A stretch of DNA of 64,000 bases, from the NCBI GenBank assembly GCA_013812695.1, contig JACCSZ010000248.1, positions 5,556 through 69,555 of the forward strand, read 5' to 3'. Position 1 is the first letter of the stretch; each line of letters opens with the position of its first letter. Position numbers and translations under genes: made by a program. This document shows positions 60,960 through 64,000 of this stretch, one piece after another. Origin of the DNA: Gemmatimonadales bacterium. Lineage in GTDB: Bacteria > Gemmatimonadota > Gemmatimonadetes > Gemmatimonadales > GWC2-71-9. The notes below the pieces were generated by a model. It saw nothing but the letters and a program-made list of their open reading frames with translations, had not been told where the DNA came from and did no database searches.

Positions 60960-61088
60960 TCCCCCCACCTCCCGAGCGGTGTGGCATCGTTCGGGAGGTG
61001 GCGCCAGCACCACCGTCGACGCCGCAGCGTGGGGCGGACACCGGAAGCTGACGATGCCTCACACGACCTCAACCAAGGTATTTCCGAC

Positions 61089-62369
61089 ATGATCGTCTCT
61101 GACGGTCCCCCCGACTCCGGCCTGGTGCGGCGCAGTGCGATCGGTGCCCTCACGGCCCTCCTGCTGGCGTGCTCGGACAGCGACAACCTCTCCCCTCCGC
61201 CGGGCGGGACGCCCCCTCCGGACGGCGTTCCCCTGACCGGTGAGCTGGACCGCGGCAACCTGACGATGACGAGCGTCATCAGTGCCAACCTGGACCTCAA
61301 CGTCGCCAAGGTTCCGTTGTTCAGGGGAACGTACAACGGCACCCGCGTGTGGTTTGTCCGCATGGACGTCTCCGATTCCGCGCTGGCGGTCGAGCTCGGC
61401 CTCAACTTCGCTCCCCGCCTGGCCAACGCCCAGAACGGCTGCCCTGCCTGCGTGCAGACCGTGCAATCCAGCGACCCGGTCGTGGGAGGGGCCGATGTGG
61501 CATTCGCGGGGACCGTCGACTTCAGCCCGGATCGTGTCATCGTCCCCAGCGAGACCGGCTTTCCGCCGATCACGGCCCAACCCGGCTCGGTGGCGGGGCC
61601 CGGGTATAGCGACCTGGTTCGGGTCGGCACCGATCCGGTCGTCTTCAACGCGCCGATCGTGGCGGTAGGAAGCGGGCCGTTCGACGTCAGCGGAGCGCAC
61701 ACGAATACGCTGGACCGTGTCATGGCGATCGACACCGTCGCCATGACGGTGGACATGCAATTCATCCGCGCTTTCGCGTTCGGCACGGACATCTTCTACT
61801 TCACCTTCAGCTCGTCCGGGGGGCTGTCGTCCACCTTCGAGCGCGCCACGTTCCTGCCGGTGCTCGGCTCGCTGCCGTTCGCCAACGACGACCAGAACCT
61901 GGCCGGCGCCCGCGCCTCGATCTTCACGTTCACCAATGGGATGCGGGGAGAGGTCAGTCCACCGGGACAGGGACTGACCCACGTGCTCCTCGACAATCCG
62001 CCGGGAGGCCTCAGCCTGGCCGACCCGGCGCTGCTCAATTCGCTGGCCATCGGCGGTGACGCGCACAACGTGCTCGGCGCCTTCCCGCTGACGCTCTCGG
62101 ATCCCGCGGAGCGCCGGCTCTACTCGCCGATGTGGGATCTCAACATCGCCGTGTGGAGCGACGAGGCCGTCGCTAACGGTCAGAACTTCGCGCAGCGGGA
62201 CGCCAACGAAATCCGGCAACTCGCGGTCGAGGGACTGGTCACGAATCCAGGGGGTGGGTTCCTGAGTTCCGCGAACTTCGTGGTCAACTGCCCGGCGTTT
62301 GGTTTCGCGTTCGACCCCCCCACGGAAGCGCAGGCCGATCGCCCCCGCGAGTTCGACCGCCGGCCGTGA
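61089..62369 (+). CDS. secreted lipoprotein of unrecognised family (paralog 3 of 3)
   Basis: Internal ATG (aa 37 of ORF 60981..62369). RR-containing signal with lipobox LLLAC. Motifs VPLFRG, GTVDFSP, YSPMWDLN..W and VNCP. Confidence 0.6.
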   Translation: MIVSDGPPDSGLVRRSAIGALTALLLACSDSDNLSPPPGGTPPPDGVPLTGELDRGNLTMTSVISANLDLNVAKVPLFRGTYNGTRVWFVRMDVSDSALAVELGLNFAPRLANAQNGCPACVQTVQSSDPVVGGADVAFAGTVDFSPDRVIVPSETGFPPITAQPGSVAGPGYSDLVRVGTDPVVFNAPIVAVGSGPFDVSGAHTNTLDRVMAIDTVAMTVDMQFIRAFAFGTDIFYFTFSSSGGLSSTFERATFLPVLGSLPFANDDQNLAGARASIFTFTNGMRGEVSPPGQGLTHVLLDNPPGGLSLADPALLNSLAIGGDAHNVLGAFPLTLSDPAERRLYSPMWDLNIAVWSDEAVANGQNFAQRDANEIRQLAVEGLVTNPGGGFLSSANFVVNCPAFGFAFDPPTEAQADRPREFDRRP

Positions 62370-62523
62370 TGCATAGGCGCGTCAGTCGAAACCGGGATAT
62401 CCGCCAATGCCGCCGATAAATCGTTCATTGATACCATTCCAAGCCGGGGCATATCCTAGTGAGATGGATCGTTGTCGAATGGTTCGACCAGGCGCGGTGT
62501 CCATGGATTCAGCGGAGGTCAGC

Positions 62524-64000
62524 ATGCGGCCCTTTCAGTTCCTCTCCCGCGCCAGGTTGCCTTGGCTGTGGACTTCCATGTGCGTTGTCCTTGCGGTCGG
62601 TTGCGGCGACGACGATGGGACCGACCCGACGGAGGGTACAGATGGGCCCGCCAACCCGGGCGTTCCCGTGCCGCGTCAGGATGGCGATCCGACGCTGGGC
62701 CAGGAGGTGTTCCGATTCGAAACATTCAACAACGAACGGTTCTTCACCGATGCACTGCGGCTCGGTGCCGGGTTGACCGCGGCCGGAACGACCCCGCTCC
62801 AATTGCTCGGACTCGGCGTGAACATCGACGTCGACGCGCTCCCCGCGGACCTTCGGCAGACCCTTACGGCCGAGCTTCAGGCCGACCCTGGCGGCGGCAC
62901 CTCGACACTGCTGAACGACCCCGCCATGACCGCCACGTTCTTCAATGCGAACGCCGTCATCGGCCTGCCGACCAAGGACAGCAACGGCGATGGGGTGCTC
63001 GACGTGGCGGCAGGAGACAAGGTCGGCACGAGCTGCGCACTGTGTCACACCCGCGCCGAAGATGGAGCAATGTTCAGCGTGCCGAACAGAGGCTCGATCG
63101 GGCCCCGCGGGGACGGTCTCGCCACCCACAATCTCGATTTTGGCCGCCTGATGGCAGCGGCCGCCAATTCGCGTGCGCTCTATCCCCTCCTGCAGCTTTC
63201 CCTGAGCGCCAACGGCGGGAACACCCTGGGTCTCGCGCCGACCGGGCTGACGGAAACCTCGTCGGAAGCCGACGTGGATGCGTATCTCTCCAACCCGCTG
63301 TTCTATCCGGTGGGGATGTTCGACGATACGTTCGACGGCAACGGCGATCCGATGCACAATGCCCCCCTGTTCCGGCAGGATCTCGCCGCGACCTTTGGAA
63401 GCGAGGGGACGTTCGAGAAGCTGGACCAGTTCAGCAACCTGGTGTATACGGGTCTCTTCGATCCCACGACGCTCACCACGGCGGGAGGACGGGCGTTCTT
63501 GAACCTGCTGGGAGGAGCCGCCGGCACCGAGATCGCCGATGACTACGTTCAGGTCCTCGCCGAGACCGGCGTGACCGGCTATCCCTATGTGGCCGCCGCA
63601 CCCGCGGCCGCCGGCCAGGACGCGCCGCTCGGCATCCGCGTGGACGACACCAAGCTATTCGCCATGAACGCCTACCTGGCGGGCTTGCCGGCTCCGAGTG
63701 GTATGGGCGGGAGCGATGAAGGTCGCCAGCTCTTCCGGACCGTGGGCTGCACTGAATGCCACAATGTGGATCAGGGCAACACGGTTCCGACGTTCCTCGT
63801 CCCGATGGCGACGATCTTTCCCGGCGACGCGCCCGTGACGCTGGCACAGCGGATGCCGCCGCTGAACCCGGTGCTCAACACCGTCTCCTCGCCGTTCGAC
63901 GACAAGATGGCGGTTGTCAACGCGAGCGTTCGCGGCGACATCCGCGGAACGGCGCTGCCACTGCTCCTGGATCTGGCGCGCAAGCCCGTGTTTCTGCATG
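62524..64000 (+). CDS. di-haem c-type cytochrome lipoprotein (peroxidase/MauG-like class), 3' end cut by window edge
   Basis: Absent from the ORF track because there is no stop before the window end. My own translation from the ATG at 62524 gives MRPFQFLSRARLPWLWTSMCVVLAVGCGDDD... (lipobox). Two CxxCH haem motifs are present (GTSCALCHTR and TVGCTECHNV). The frame stays open to 64000. Confidence 0.65.
   Translation, partial: MRPFQFLSRARLPWLWTSMCVVLAVGCGDDDGTDPTEGTDGPANPGVPVPRQDGDPTLGQEVFRFETFNNERFFTDALRLGAGLTAAGTTPLQLLGLGVNIDVDALPADLRQTLTAELQADPGGGTSTLLNDPAMTATFFNANAVIGLPTKDSNGDGVLDVAAGDKVGTSCALCHTRAEDGAMFSVPNRGSIGPRGDGLATHNLDFGRLMAAAANSRALYPLLQLSLSANGGNTLGLAPTGLTETSSEADVDAYLSNPLFYPVGMFDDTFDGNGDPMHNAPLFRQDLAATFGSEGTFEKLDQFSNLVYTGLFDPTTLTTAGGRAFLNLLGGAAGTEIADDYVQVLAETGVTGYPYVAAAPAAAGQDAPLGIRVDDTKLFAMNAYLAGLPAPSGMGGSDEGRQLFRTVGCTECHNVDQGNTVPTFLVPMATIFPGDAPVTLAQRMPPLNPVLNTVSSPFDDKMAVVNASVRGDIRGTALPLLLDLARKPVFLH

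Overview
High-GC (about 70% by eye), very gene-dense bacterial chromosomal window. It holds about 60 protein genes and one tmRNA. I recognise no rRNA, tRNA, CRISPR array, transposase or integrase. GTG/TTG starts and 1-4 nt start/stop overlaps are the rule, and many products carry lipoboxes. The lineage looks like a soil Gemmatimonadota/Acidobacteriota-type organism, but that is inference only.

Layout:
- (1) 1-2.4 kb: divergent class-V aminotransferase and glycerate kinase.
- (2) 2.4-14.1 kb, minus strand: a 12-gene coupled array, trpC-trpF-trpB-[HEAT protein]-[HD-GYP]-trpA-[membrane GAF-MCP sensor]-folK-panB-panC-HD hydrolase-LytR_C.
- (3) 14.1-15.9 kb: lexA and trpD converge on a perfect 24-bp inverted repeat.
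- (4) 16.1-32 kb, plus strand: a 12-gene coupled array, truA-htrA-purB-purC-psd-pssA-purS-purQ-[zinc ribbon]-purL-purF-ppdK, followed by purE-purK.
- (5) 32-43 kb: DUF2911, a cysteine-desulfurase-like gene, a leishmanolysin-like lipoprotein, tmRNA flanked by an octamer-repeat structure, a dus-larB-corA-GGDEF operon, and two tandem GntR paralogs.
- (6) 43-64 kb, all plus strand: an accessory-looking block with an AraC regulator, quinone oxidoreductase, beta-propeller, paired Tat ferritin-like proteins, two RclC/DUF417 proteins, DUF4142, DUF1360, SDR, GH39, GH144-like, GMC oxidoreductase, a VOC-VOC-aquaporin fusion, three paralogs of an unrecognised secreted family, and a di-haem cytochrome c.

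Best candidates for something new:
- the triplicated secreted family next to metallo/redox proteins;
- the VOC-aquaporin fusion;
- the HEAT + HD-GYP pair inserted between trpB and trpA;
- the orphan larB coupled to corA;
- the octamer-repeat array over the ssrA promoter.

All calls come from reading translations and sequence by eye. No searches were run. Most other ORFs in the six-frame track are antisense or out-of-frame shadows, which is typical of high-GC DNA.
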